A stretch of DNA of 64,000 nt from Octopus sinensis. Taxonomy: Eukaryota. Positions 1 to 12,607 of this stretch are shown here, piece after piece. The notes under the pieces were generated by a model, which saw only the letters and a list, made by a program, of their open reading frames with translations, searched no databases and was not told the origin of the DNA. Positions within the stretch are counted from its first letter, which is position 1. Each line of letters begins with the position of its first letter. Made by a program: the position numbers and the translations under genes. The DNA lies in NCBI RefSeq assembly GCF_006345805.1, contig NC_042999.1, positions 35,588,001 through 35,652,000 on the forward strand. Reading direction: 5' to 3'.

Positions 1-469
1 ACATGTGCATTGTTATTGATTTTGTCAACTACACAGTATAGTAGGGTCAGTTGGGCACCATCTGCCAGAAATTTGGAAATGACGTGCTGTACTGCTTGGT
101 ATTCATGCCAGGAGCTCTAATACGAACAGGTGGTCAACACATAGAACAACTGTTGGCTTGTAAAGGTGTTTCTGCTGAATTATCCTACATAGTAACCCAC
201 ACCTACTGGAGACTGTTTTTTTGTTGACATTTTATTGTTTTACATTTTGTTCATGCCCCATATTTTCTGTGTATATATATATACCACCATTATATTGCTC
301 CCCCCCCTTGTACTATCCCCTAATATCTTGGGACCTTAATGTTGGACCAGTAAGGGAAATTATTATTATTAAGATAGCAAGCTGGCAGAATTATTAGTAC
401 CCTGGGTGAAACGCTTTGCAGCATTTTATCTATCTTTATGTTCTGAGTTCTAATTCTGCCGAGGTTGAC

Positions 470-2630
470 AGTATTGATCTAAGCATGGGAAAATGCATTT
501 TGTTTTTTTAATTTTGATTTGATTACACATATACTACTGAAAAACCATTCAACTTCTGCATTTGAGTTTGGCAATGTCAATAGATTAATGGCAAAATTTG
601 CAACATCTCTAAAAGGATTCCTCTAGAAGCATCTTTATATTTCAAGACTTTCAGCCAGAATGCCTCAGTATTAGACGTATTTGTCCATTTAACTAAACAA
701 ATGCTATTAAACTGAATTTCAATTAAAGCAATTTTTTTTTCATTTAAATGCATTGCTTCTAAGACAGGTAAAATTGGCTCTTTGAAATGCTGCAAAATAT
801 TCTCTACTGAAAAACATTTGATATTCCTCAGTATATTATTTTCTGGCAAACGGTGTTTGAGCTCTTTATAAAGGCAGAGTAAAAATTGTAGTGCTCTTTT
901 GCAAATATTATTTTCTTCTGTGGCTGTTACAGTCTTCTTGATAATCATTTCTGCTATCTTTCTCTCGAACCTGTAGCCTAAATTTGGTTTAGGATCCAGA
1001 AATTTTTCAAAAGAAGCATCCAGATCAATTGTACATGTTGGCAACACTATCATATTGGCAACAGATTTGATCAAATTTGAAAGATCTTCAAGTAATTTTG
1101 TTTTGTGGACAGTGTTTGATTCAAACAGTTTATTCACTTCCTGAACATGTTTTGAAATTGGATGCAAAAATAAAAGGTAAAGTTCATTCCTAGAATCACA
1201 AAACATTTCATGTAATGTTTGTGCTGTAAAGCATTTTTCTTATGTAATTGTAGTTTGGAAGTGAGTTTGCAATTCAAACCATAGGCTTAAAATTCTATTT
1301 ACTGCTGGTTCTATTGACAGCCACCTAGTTGTGCAAGAATTCACAATCTTCAAAGGCTCTTTATCATTGATAGCAAGCTAAAGTTGTTTGTAGGTACTTT
1401 GTCTTGTTGAAGAATGCGAGGACCATTTATAGGTTTTGGATACTGAAAATTCTAAATTTATGGGCAAGCATTCAGTACAAGTGTGGGATACTGCCAGATG
1501 TAAAGAATGACATACACATCTAAATAGAAGTAATGATGGAACTTCTTTTAATTTCTGGAAAACACCATTGTTGACTCCTATCATTACTGTAGCATTGTCA
1601 GTATCTATAGCCAGTATTTTTTTTATATCTAATTTCTTTTTCACTAATTCAATTTTTAAGGCATCTACAATGGCATCTGCATCACATGTTTCTAAGGATA
1701 CCATACTGAGATATGTATGTACCACTTTTTTGTGAGTGTCACTATTAAGCCCTAACAACTTGTTTATCAATATATCATTGGATTCATCTAATAACAAGCT
1801 AAATTTTCTATCTCCTATATCAGAAATCAAATCTCCATCAAAATATGGAGCTAGAACATTTCTCACAATATTTGCACATTTTGTACAATGCAACTTCACT
1901 TTGGACATAATATCACTGTAAGACATATAATTCTTACGTAACTCTATTAAGTGTACCACAGCCATTAAATGATAAGTTGCAACAAATAAACATTGCTAAA
2001 TTTGCTTCAAGCATAGATGTCTTATCATTTTTTGGTTTTAATAAAATTGGTCAGAGGAATTATTTGCTGTGGAGTTGACGCCTTATGTTTCTTTGCTTCA
2101 CAGTGACTTACTAAAAGAGAATATTTTGCCAACATATTACATCTACCAGAAAGCAGAACCAAAATTGAAGTCGACCAAAATCAGTGGGAATTGCAGCTGT
2201 GGTTAAGCGAACCATCCGAGTGGCCGTTTGCCAGCTCTGTCTGGCCCCCGTGTCGGTGACACATAAAAGCACCATCCATTCGTGGCTGTTTGCCAGCTCT
2301 GTCTGGCACCTGTGTGGGTGGCACGTAAAAAGCACCCACTACACTCACAGAGTGGTTGGCGTTAGGAAGGGCATCCAGCCGTAGAAACACTGCCAGATCT
2401 GACTGGGCCTGATGAAGCCTACCAGCTTCACAGACCCCAGTTGAACTGTCCAACCCATGCTAGCATGAAAAACGGACGCTAAATGATGATGATGATGATG
2501 ATGATGAATATCTGCAATGTGCTTTAGATTGGTTACTAGGTACTTCACACAACCACTTTGTAAACGCTGGCATCTTAAGCCATTCCTTTTGGAATTTTTG
2601 CTGGTACAACTTTGTTTTTTCTTTGCTCAT
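470..2630 (-). pseudogene. fragmented hAT transposase (ORFs 577..1206 and 1378..1965 plus N-terminus at 2510..2630)
   Basis: catalytic-domain motifs split by frameshifts/stops and by an RTE-tail insertion at ~2185-2510. Confidence 0.85.
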
Positions 2631-3254
2631 TATAATGTAGTGGAAAGCAAGAAAATAAATTGAATGATTAATAAAAATATAAAATTGAAAATACAATTTA
2701 TCAGTTTGCTGCTAACAGTTCTTTCTTTCGTCATTAACAATTCTTATGTTTGCTGCTTACAAATTCTTGAGGTGAAGAATACTGATTCAGGATGCAGGGT
2801 AGTCAACTTATAAATGGAAAAGTAAAATTTGCAGAAATCCTAAAACTCTGTCCTGATATAAACCTGGGAAACATCATATTTCGCTTCCAATCTTACGTTT
2901 AATATCTATTGGTAAAACCACAAATATAACTACAATACTTGAAAAAAAAAGTAAGTAGAAATATTAAGTGGGAGACTCTGCCCCCCCCCCCCCACCACCA
3001 CACACACACACACACTTCTATACAAGCCGTATAATCCAAAGCAAGCATGAAAAAACAAAGGCCTATTTTAAAACAGTCAAACTGGTAGTAAATCAGTCAA
3101 CCTGTCATGATAAAAACTCATCACTACAGAATAAAGCATTTTTAGGATGAATTTCCATGCTTTCATTGTTTGCAACATATTTACATTATTGTGTAGTGAG
3201 TTCAGGTGCTGACACGAGTTATCTTCTCCCCACTCCCCCACCAGCACCACTCTC

Positions 3255-3595
3255 TATCCAAGCCTTATGAGAGCTCAAAATCTCTCGTGGAAGCGTCATC
3301 CAACCAAAATGCAAATATATAGGAAACTACCACCTGTGTCATCTCTTGTGAAAGGTAGGAGAGTCCAGTTTGCTGGACATTGTTGTAGAGCTGAAAACGA
3401 GGCAATTTCTACTCTTCTCCTCTGGAAGCTATCTACTCGCAATACCAGAGGGCGCACACTCTCCTACCCTGATGTAATCTCCAGGGATACAGGCATCCAG
3501 CAACAGGACCTCCGGAATGATGGACCGTAAAGTCTGGCATAGCATGGTAAATTCCATTGTCATGACCACGGTCGAACAATGATGATGATGATGTA
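3255..3595 (+). mobile_element. 3' end of an RTE/RTEX-type LINE
   Basis: ISWK.HPTK..Y..LPP.S..V..RR..FAGHC.R...GR C-terminal motif followed by an (ATG)n tail. Confidence 0.75.
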
Positions 3596-5334
3596 TCGAA
3601 GCCGGTGGGGGGAGGGGACTGGAAAAGTTCATAACTTGATAAACTTCCTTTTGATAAATGTTCATTTAAAGTTTCAAGAAAGTGAAAGAAAAATTCAACA
3701 AAAGCCGAGAGTACTAAAATTTGGCTATAAGATACATTAACAAAAGTAGAAAAGGAGAAAAAAGGGTAACTATTGTGGAAATGTCATGATCAGAGAAAAA
3801 ATTTAAACCTGCTATTTTCCCTGCTAAATGCTAGATTCAAAAATTTTCTAAATGCTGAAGAAAAAATGCTAGATCTAGCATAAAATATGCTAAATTGGCA
3901 ATCCCAGATCATCCATGGGTTTATACAAAGCAAAATAAATTAGAGAATCTTTTGTTTGTGTTAGATTTTAATGATAATAAATGTCTACAATATATTTCAG
4001 GGGACATTTTTTTCAATGAAGAACAAATTTATGCCAGCTCATTCAAGCAGGAAAATTTTTTTTTTTTCAAGTAAATTTGCTAGAAAAATTTCCAATTTTT
4101 TCAGTAAATGCTTTCAATATTGTTTAATAATCAACTTACAGTAACATAAGTTTCTAATACAGACTCAATGACCTCCTCAATAATTGTATAACTGATATGG
4201 CTGTCACAATCGAAGATGACTTAGTAGCCTGTACAAACATTTCACTAACTGTTTAAACATACACAGACACTATCTCTCCCACTCTTGACCCAGCAGAACA
4301 TTCAGGATGTGACAAGTGGGAGAAGAGAGGGAGGGAGGACTGTACCAGTACCAGGCTGACATTTTATTTATCATCACCAAAAAGACAAAGCTATCTGTGG
4401 TAGGATTTGAACCTAGAGCAAAGAGAGATGGAACGAATATGACCACATATTCTATCAAATGCTCTAATGACAGCCAAATGATTAAATTAACTGTATAATT
4501 ATAATCAATTCTTGCAATAATTTTTACAAAATATCTAAATTAGGTTGCAGCTCATAATTAGTTCCCAATTTTTTTAAACAGTTTTATTAGCTTTATATTT
4601 GGATGCTTTCAGTGTAAATTACTAAGCACCCTTGAAGGATTTAAAGTTTCATTTGAAAGAGTGTTATTATATAAAAGATACATAGGTTTCAAACTCATAA
4701 GGTAGGAATGCATTCACAATAGTATTCAACAGCACATTTTTGTGTTCCACTTGACATAGCTAAGAGCTCTTTGCATGTAATTACACTAAAAAGAAATTGA
4801 CAATGACAACATATTTAAAAATATCTAAAATTTGAAGAACCGGTAATATGTGTAATCAGAAATGTTGTGGGGTTGTTATACAAAACCACCAATTTCAAAT
4901 GCACAGTTACTCTTGTTTTGACTCAAGTTTCAACTAGAACTACAGAACTTTCTAACTTAGCATAATAGGCCAGGTCATTGTACATTAAATTTTGTTAAGA
5001 ACGGGTTATGCAAGATTTCAATACAATCATGTACATCATCAGGCTACATTTTTTCAATAAAAAATATTAATGATACTAGTTTGGTAGTTAAGAAATATTA
5101 ACCCTTTCATTACCAACCCGGCTGAAGCTGACTCTAGCTCTGAGTGCAAATGTCTTGTTTTCATAAGTTTTTAATTAAAATCTTCCACCAAACCTTGTTT
5201 CAATTCTAAGGGAAGGGGGTCAAGTCAGTTATATTGACCACACACACACAAAGTACTTGACTGGTACTTTATTTCATCAATGCTAACATTGTTAGTGCTT
5301 GTGAAAGTCTTGCGCAAAAAGAATACAAGCATAC

Positions 5335-5905
5335 ACATAACAAAGTAGCCCAAAACCTCCACTGGATACTATGCCATAAGTATGGATATGAGACCAGAAA
5401 AGGTAAAGGACAAAAGGGGGGGGGGCAAAAATCCTCTGGGAATTTGATTTCCAGACAGACAAAGTGTTAGAGCACTGAAGGCCGGATATAGTAACCTTTA
5501 GGAGGGACAAACAAGAGTGCCTAATCAATGTAGCAGTGCCAGGAGATCATGAAAGAAAGAGAAAAGTCTGATGAATATGAAGACCTGAGAATTAAGATCA
5601 CTAAGATGTGGCAACTACGAGAGTCAAACATAAAGGTTATCCCTACTGTCATCGGAGCCTTGGATTCAATACCACCCAATCTGAAAAATCATCTGAAACC
5701 TTAGAGATACCCTACAATATAGATGTATTGCAAAAGTCAGCATTACTTGGAACTGCATGCATATTGCGTAAAGTACTGTCCGTCTGAGGTCCTTATTGTG
5801 ATTTGACAGACAACACAATATCTTCAATCAAAAACCTCATGATATTGTATACTGTGCGACATCTATAATAATAATGATGATGATGATGATGATGATAATA
5901 ATAAA
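5335..5905 (+). mobile_element. 3' fragment of an R4/Dong-like non-LTR element (restriction-like endonuclease domain)
   Basis: degenerate KILWEFDFQTDK..EH.RPDIV, VAVP, YEDL..I..MW, VIGAL..IP, LQKSALLGTA.ILRKVL* then a (TAA/TGA)n tail. Confidence 0.75.
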
Positions 5906-8495
5906 TTCTTTGATTTCTCACTAGATCAACAGATGAGGAGACATCAATTAGACAAGTTACAAAAAGTTTGGTGGAAGTTTACATAGATACTGAATGAGAA
6001 ATGAAAATGAAAGTATATATATATTGTGTACTAGATATACTTTCATATAATAAAACTGTTCAGAGAATAAAACCATTACCTAAGGACAATCAAAGGAACT
6101 GAAAATCATCAATTACTCTATCAAAGACATTACATGTGCCCTCTCCTGGCATCTTAATTTGCTTCATCCTCATTTAATACCCGCTTTCCATGCTGGCATG
6201 GGTTGGATGGTTTGACCAGAGCAGACCAGCTGGAGAGCTGTTCAGGTTCTAATTGTCTATTTTGGCATGGCTTCTGTGGTTGGATACCCTTCCTAATGCC
6301 AAGCACTTCACAGAGTGTACTGGGTGCTTCTTATGTGGAATTAGTACAGGCACTTTTGTGTGACACAGGCACTTCTATGTAGCACAGCATGAGTGCTTTT
6401 CATGTGACACCAGCATTTGCAAGCCCCAAGGGGAAGGGCCTCTCAGCTGAGAGGACATAAACAACATTCCTGTATGTATGGATGGCCATGGTTTTACTTA
6501 GCTTCACATGTCTTCTCAAGCACAGCAAAATGCCAGGTGTTTCAGTCCCTTGTCATCTCTTTTGTGAGGCCCAGTGTCTAAAATTCCTTTCTCACTACTT
6601 TGTTCAACGTCTTCTTGAGTCTACCCCTTCCAAATGTTCCCCCTACAATTAGAGATTTACAAATGAATAATCAGAGTAAACCCATTCAGCCTTATTAGTC
6701 TCTCAAAACATTGGAGCGAGGTCGTTGCCAGTGCTGCTGGACTGACTCCTGTGCAGGTGACACGTAAAAAATACCATTTCGAGCATGGCCGTTGCCAGAA
6801 CCGCCAGACTGGCCCTTGTGCCTGTGGCATGTAAAAGCACCCACTACACTCTTGGAGTGGCTGGCATTAGGAAGGGCATCCAACTGTAGAAACTCTGCCA
6901 GATCAGATTGGAGCCTGGCGCAGCCATCTGGTTCGCCAGTCCTCATTCAAATCGTCCAACCCATGCTAGCATGGAAAGTGAACGTTAAATGATGATGATG
7001 ATGATGATGATGATACTGGAAGGTAACATCTCTCTCTCTTTCCCTTCACCTCCCTCTTCCAGAGGTAATATTTGAAGAATTTGGTATGAACTTGACCAGA
7101 GAGAAAGATTCTCATCCTTAAACCTTAAACCAATTTAACACAGACATGTCTTTACCATAGACATAGACATGTCTGTGTGGTTAGGAAGTCAATTTGGTAA
7201 CTACATATTTTGACGTTCAGTCCTATGGCATGGTACTTAAGGTGTCTTTGACTACAGTCCCAGACAGACCCTATGTCTTGAGAGAGAATTCAGTAGACAA
7301 AAACCAGTCATGTATGTGTGTGCATTTGTCTCTTACTGCTTAACAACCACTGTTGGTTTGTTTACATCCCTGTAACTTAATGGTTTGGCAACAAGGGACA
7401 GAAAGAATAAGTACCAAAGTTAAAATAAGTACTGGGACTTTCTTAATCAACCCTTCAAGACAATGCCCCAGCATAGCTGCAGTCCAATGAATGAAGTAAA
7501 AGAATTATAGATCAGCTAGTAGTCAGAGGAAAACTATCTGCCCTTCCCAGCTAAAGAAAGAAGCTGGGTCAATTTTCAAAACTGATTCAGCCATTAGGTA
7601 GATCCACTCTATGTGGAGCAGCAGTTACTCAACATGTGATTAAGAATCTTTGGCACTCACACAATGTAGAGTTGGATATAGACCAGATTTGTTAAGAGTT
7701 CTAACTTGCAGTAAGAGACAATGAAGGTCAGTTGCAACTCTGCATTTTGATTGTTTACTATATATATATCTATAACTACTTAATGGTATTAGCAACAACT
7801 GACAATTAGCAATTACGTAGTCATTGTGTGGTATTTGAAAAGTCTGACAATGACAGCATTAGCAACTACTGACATTTAAAAACTACTAAATGATATTAGC
7901 AACTACTGACAATTCATTTACAATGTTCTTCATTATAGCATCTATTCAGTTGTTGATAACAACATCTGTTCTGTTGAGTGTGATGAAAGAGGGTGATTAC
8001 TTGATTTCAAGTACCCTACACTTGGGTTCAAATATGGTTAGCAGATTGTATCCCTAAAATACAAATATTCATCATCATCATCGTTTAACATCCACTTTCC
8101 ATGCTAGCATGGGTTGGACGATTTTGACTGCGGGCTGGCGAACCAGTTGGTTGCACCGGTCTCCAATCTTGATTTGGCAGAGTTTCTACAGCTGGATGCC
8201 CTTCCTAACGTCAACTACTCCGAGAGTGTAGTGGGTGCTTTTTACATGCCACCGGCACGGGGGCCAGTCAGGCGGTACTGGCAACGACCTTGCTCAAATC
8301 CTTTTACACATGCCACCAGTACAGGTGCCAGTAAGGCGACATTGGTAATGATCACGCTCGAATGGTGCCCTTTTATGTGCCACTGGCATGGAAGCCAGTT
8401 GGCTGCTCTGGCAACGATCACGCTTGGATGGTGCTCTTGGCACCCTACTAGCACGGGCATAAGTGCCAGTAAGGCGATGCTGGTAATGATCATGC

Positions 8496-8722
8496 GGCGA
8501 GCTGGCAGAAACGTTAGCACGCCGGGCGAAATGCTTAGCGGTATTTCGTCTGCGTTACGTTGTGAGTTCAAATTCCGCCGAGGTCGACTTTGCCTTTCAT
8601 CCTTTCGGGGTCGATAAATTAAGTACCAGTTACGCACTGGGGTCGATGTAATCGACTTAATACCTATGTCTGTCCTTGTTTGTCCCCTCTGTGTTTAGCC
8701 CCTTGTGGGTAATAAAGAAATA
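8496..8722 (+). mobile_element. short tRNA-derived SINE with a GCCTTTCATCCTTTCGGGGTCGATAAA central domain
   Basis: 14-bp TSD GGTAATGATCATGC; copies at 15649-15894 (TSD AGAAATACATCTTTCAAT) and 51303-51542 (-, TSD GGTATTTGTAATATA). Confidence 0.9.
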
Positions 8723-9452
8723 GGTAATGATCATGCTTGAATGGTGCCCTTTAAATGCCACTGGCACGGAAGCCGGTTAGCCGCTCCGCCAATGATCACG
8801 CTCGTATGGTGCTCTTTGCACCCTGCCAGCATGGACGCCAGTCATCGAATTTGATTTTGATTTTGCTTTTGATTGATTTGATTTGATTTGATTTCACTTG
8901 CCCCAGCAGGTCTTCGCAAGCAGAGTTTTAGTGACCAAAGAAGGAAAAGGTTACGTACAAGTGGGCTGGTTACGCCCAGAAAAAGAATGAAAGAGATGGA
9001 AGAATAAAAGAAACATGAAAATCATCATCATCTTCATTTTACATTTGTTTTCCATGCTGGCATGGGTTGGACAGCTGGACAGGAGCTGGCAAGGCCAGAG
9101 ACTGCACCAGGTTCCATAATCTGTTTTGGCTTGGTTTCTACAATTGGATGCCCTTCTTAATGTTAACCACTTTACAGCGTGTACTAGGTACTTTTCACAT
9201 ACCATCACCAATGCTATTTACATGGCACCATCACAAGTGCTTTTTACATAGCACAATCAACAATGCTTTGTATGTGGCACCATCACTAGTGCTTTTTTAC
9301 ATGGCATCATCACCAGTGCATTTTATGTGACACCAGCACCAGGACAAAGAATATTAAGAAAAATACAAAAAAAAAAAGAAAGAAGCTAAACACCAAAACA
9401 TTAAAAAACAATTGGGAAAATATAAAATAAAACACAAAAATTCAGATCTAAC

Positions 9453-9544
9453 CTTGTTGCAGAATGTTCTGATATGGCTCTAGCATAAACAGTGGTACTG
9501 GCTTCCTCTGGTTGTTTTTTCTGCTTAACTAAACCATGTATAGA
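9453..9544 (-). CDS. candidate internal exon of an unidentified gene (SIHGLVKQKKQPEEASTTVYARAISEHSAT-)
   Basis: strong acceptor tttattttgttcttgttttgcag|, donor AG|gttaga, exactly one open frame, non-repeat sequence; no recognisable homology. Confidence 0.4.
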
Positions 9545-9709
9545 CTGCAAAACAAGAACAAAATAAATATTACACATTCATATTTTCAATAACAGTAGTA
9601 GATTTGATCTCAGTGTTCTGAGATCAAATTATGCCGGAATTACAAATTACTTTTTAACTTTTGTCTTTATGAGAGAATAGTCAGTAAAAATTTATTTTAT
9701 CAAGTCTAA

Positions 9710-10120
9710 AAAGGCGCAGGAGTGGCTGTGTGGTAAGTAGCTTGCTAACCAACCACATGGTTCCGGGTTCAGTCCCACTGCGTGGCATCTTGGGCAAGTG
9801 TCTTCTGCTATAGCCCCGGGCCAACCAATGCCTTGTGAGTGGATTTGGTAGACGGAAACTGAAAGAAGCCTGTCGTATATATGTATATATATATATAAGT
9901 GTGTGTGTTTGTGTGTCTGTGTTTGTCCCCCTAGCATTGCTTGACAACCGATGCTGGTGTGTTTACGTCCCCGTCACTTAGCGGTTCGGTAAAAAAGAGA
10001 CCGATAGAATAAGTACTGGGCTTACAAAGAATAAGTCCCGGGGTCGAGTTGCTCGATTAAAGGCGGTGCTCCAGCATGGCCGCAGTCAAATGACTGAAAC
10101 AAGTAAAAGAGAAAAGAGAA
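9710..10120 (+). mobile_element. major tRNA-derived SINE with internal (TA)(TG) microsatellite and AAAAGAG(T) tail; representative of ~15 copies
   Basis: TGGCTGTGTGGTAAG / GGTTCAGTCC boxes and CTTGGGCAAG core; copies near 17290, 17640, 18278(-), 33010(-), 44970(-), 45530, 47640(-), 57720, 61795, 62750(-). Confidence 0.9.
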
Positions 10121-10388
10121 AATACAGATATTTAATATTGGCAGAAGGACACAAATATTATATAGATAGCGAGTTACAGTCAATTATATTTGCTCCAATA
10201 TATGGCTGGTATTTATTTTATCAAGTCTAAGAAGACGATTGACTAAGTCAACTGTAATAAAACATAATGACTAAATACTGCCATCCATAATCCTGATGAG
10301 AAGCTCATTCAGTTCTATATTCATGAGATGAGGAATTATGTACATTATTTACATTTGATGGATATTTGTCCTCATCTTGTTTGTTGTT

Positions 10389-10435
10389 AACACAACGTTT
10401 CGGCTGATATACCCTCCAGCCTTCATCGGGTGTCT
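10389..10435 (-). ncRNA. minimal type-I hammerhead ribozyme motif (core U to C lesion)
   Basis: ACAC-CCGAUGA-A-GGCUG(loop)CAGCC-GAAACGUU-GUGU. Confidence 0.55.
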
Positions 10436-10857
10436 TGGGGAAATTTCAAACCTGGGTTCTCATTCCTAAGGTATTTTTCGATATTATTATCATCATTATC
10501 ATTATTATTATTATTATTCAGGTCACTGCCTGGAATCGAACTCGGAATCTTGGGGTTAGTAGCTCATGCTCTTAACCAAAACTCAAAGAAGCAGCACATA
10601 TGCTAGGACACAACAACCTCCTAAGCAGACCGAATGCAGATATGAATAGCATATGGGAACCGGTATTAAGGAAGAATAGGAAAATATTAGATTTATAAGC
10701 CCTAAAATTCACTCCATAATTGCCCACAGGCATATGGCGTAGTGGTTAAGAGCGCGGGCTACTAACCCAAGATTCCAAGTTCAATTCCAAGCAGTGACCT
10801 GAATAATAATAACATCGAAAAATACCTGTATGAGAACCCAGGCTTGAAATTTCTCCA

Positions 10858-10904
10858 AGACACCTGATGAAGGCTGGAGGGTATATCAGCTGAAAAGTTG
10901 TGTT
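10858..10904 (+). ncRNA. minimal type-I hammerhead ribozyme motif (one lesion)
   Basis: ACAC-CUGAUGA-A-GGCUG(loop)CAGCU-GAAA-aGUU-GUGU; stems I and II pair; AAAGUU replaces AACGUU. Confidence 0.6.
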
Positions 10905-11392
10905 AACAACAAACAGGATGACGACAAATATCTGTTAAATGTAAATAATGTAAGAAGCTCGTTCTTTTGTTTTTACATCTGTTTTTTCATACAAGCATGA
11001 GTTAGATGAATGCATATGACTGAGACATTCTTTTATAGTGGCATGCCCTTCCTGTCCTTAAATCTTACCTATTTTTTAACTCAGGAAATTTCCATTCCAC
11101 TTGTCTTTGAAAGCACAGAACAACCAGATGACTTGTTGACAGAGAAATGTCAACAAATTTCACTGTCCACTGTTCAGCACATTTTTTAATGTAAAATCCA
11201 GAATTATAAACATTCACACACACACACACACACACACACAGAGACTTTATTCAGTTTCTACTATAACTCAGAGCTATAGTAGAAAACATACTTGCCAAGA
11301 TGCTATGCTGTAGGACTGAACCCAAAACCATATGGCTGTAAGATGAACTTCCCCTTTATCATTCAGGTTATTCTGTCAGATGTAATGCTTAT

Positions 11393-11720
11393 CTGTGAAG
11401 GCACATGGCTTAGTGGTTAACAGTAATTGGCTAACATTTGTAAGGTCATGCATTCAATTCCCAGCAGCATGTTATGTCCTTCGGCAAGAGATTTTATTTC
11501 ACATTGCTCCAATCCACTCAGCTGGCAAAAATGAGAGGTACCTGTATTTCAAAAGGTTGGTCACGTCACATTCTGTATCACGCTATATCTCCCCTAGAAC
11601 AATATTTAAGGGCATGTGTGCCTGTGGAGTGCTCAGCCACTTGCATGTTAATTTCATGAGCAGGCTGTTCCATTGGTCAGATCAACTGGAACCCTCATTG
11701 TTGTAACCGATGGAGTGCCA
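11393..11720 (+). mobile_element. tRNA-derived SINE (head Y with CACTCAGCTG core, tail P)
   Basis: TGGCTTAGTGGTTA...TTCAATTCC head; tail aligns to 19555-19730. Confidence 0.75.
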
Positions 11721-11974
11721 AAAATGCTTTTTACTCACATTGTTTTGAATTAATCAGGCATTATTTTGCAGCTTCAAGATTTTAATGATGTGATTGTTTA
11801 TTTTCAGAATGACATTGTAAGGCAAGTGTGAGAGATTGGATCTGGCTAGTTTAAACATAAAATAGGTCAAATATTTAGGCAGGATAATGCCAGATTGAAT
11901 GCTAAAGGGTTAACCAGACCTATATCAGACCTGTTCATATAGTAATAAAATACTAGTTAAATGCACTGTGTTGT

Positions 11975-12607
11975 GGTGGACACCCCAGGTGAGAAGTGGG
12001 CTGGTTCACTACTAATAGATAGTGGACATACTCAGTAAGTAGTGTCAGTCAGCGAGGCATTTTTTTGGTTGTGGTAGTGTGTTTTTTACGTTGAAGTAAG
12101 TAGCGATATTGTTGTAATTGTTAAAGGTCTCACCTCATGGGTGTACCATGTTTTGTTCCTTGTTGAAATTGCTGTTAGTACTAACGAGTTTTTGTTGAAT
12201 TGTGTTTTCTCTTCCCATTTATGGGAGAACTGGCAAAAAGAAGTGTAATGGAGAATGAACCAGCGAAGAGCCACAGTTATGCGGCTGCAACTGGCAGAGG
12301 AATTGAAGTAGAAGCTCTGGAGGTTCCAGAAGTTAAAATTGAGCCGAAAAAGCTGAAAGAATGTGGCAAGCTATTAGAAAAGGAAGGCCACAACCTTAAA
12401 TTGATGACCCCGCTCGAGTTAACAAATGGAGCGAAGAAACGAACAGTAATATATAAAACACTGAAAGTATCAACAAGGAAAATTGAAGTGGCAACCATAG
12501 AGGATATCGAGAAGTGTCTGAAAATCAAGACTATTGAAAAGGTTGCAAGACACAACAAAAATTTTAGGAAAATAAAAATAAGAAATAAGTGGAAATTTTA
12601 CCAGTGA
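11975..12607 (+). mobile_element. possible 5' UTR plus ORF1 start of a LINE (3'-truncated)
   Basis: MENEPAKSHSYAAATG... Lys/Glu-rich ORF with the SYA.A motif common at retroelement ORF1/Gag N-termini; no zinc knuckle reached. Confidence 0.35.

Larger units (their letters stand above)
470..3907 (-). mobile_element. decayed hAT-superfamily DNA transposon with nested insertions
   Basis: TIR-like end CTGGGATTGCCA at 3896-3907; transposase remnants: N-terminal Y-Q-F-EW..HC motif, FSLLLDES, TDNA..M.G, RCVCHSLHL, and dimerisation motif LLTLPNSNAEVE.FFS. Confidence 0.8.
10320..10951 (+). mobile_element. 5'-truncated Penelope-like element: inverted terminal repeat, ORF C-terminus, terminal repeat
   Basis: 10340-10578 and 10733-10951 are inverted copies; spacer 10579-10698 reads KLKEAAHMLGHNNLLSRPNADMNSIWEPVLRKNRKILDL*, resembling a PLE endonuclease C-terminus. 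Confidence 0.7.

Noticed and set aside
4682-4785. Extension of the minus-strand exon chain through this segment
   Set aside because: The frame continuing from the 4984-5043 exon hits a stop (KWNTKMCC*); no unambiguous donor or phase solution.
10733-10800. tRNA-Ser-like sequence (and other SINE heads) as tRNA genes
   Set aside because: No complete acceptor stem; each is fused to repeat bodies.
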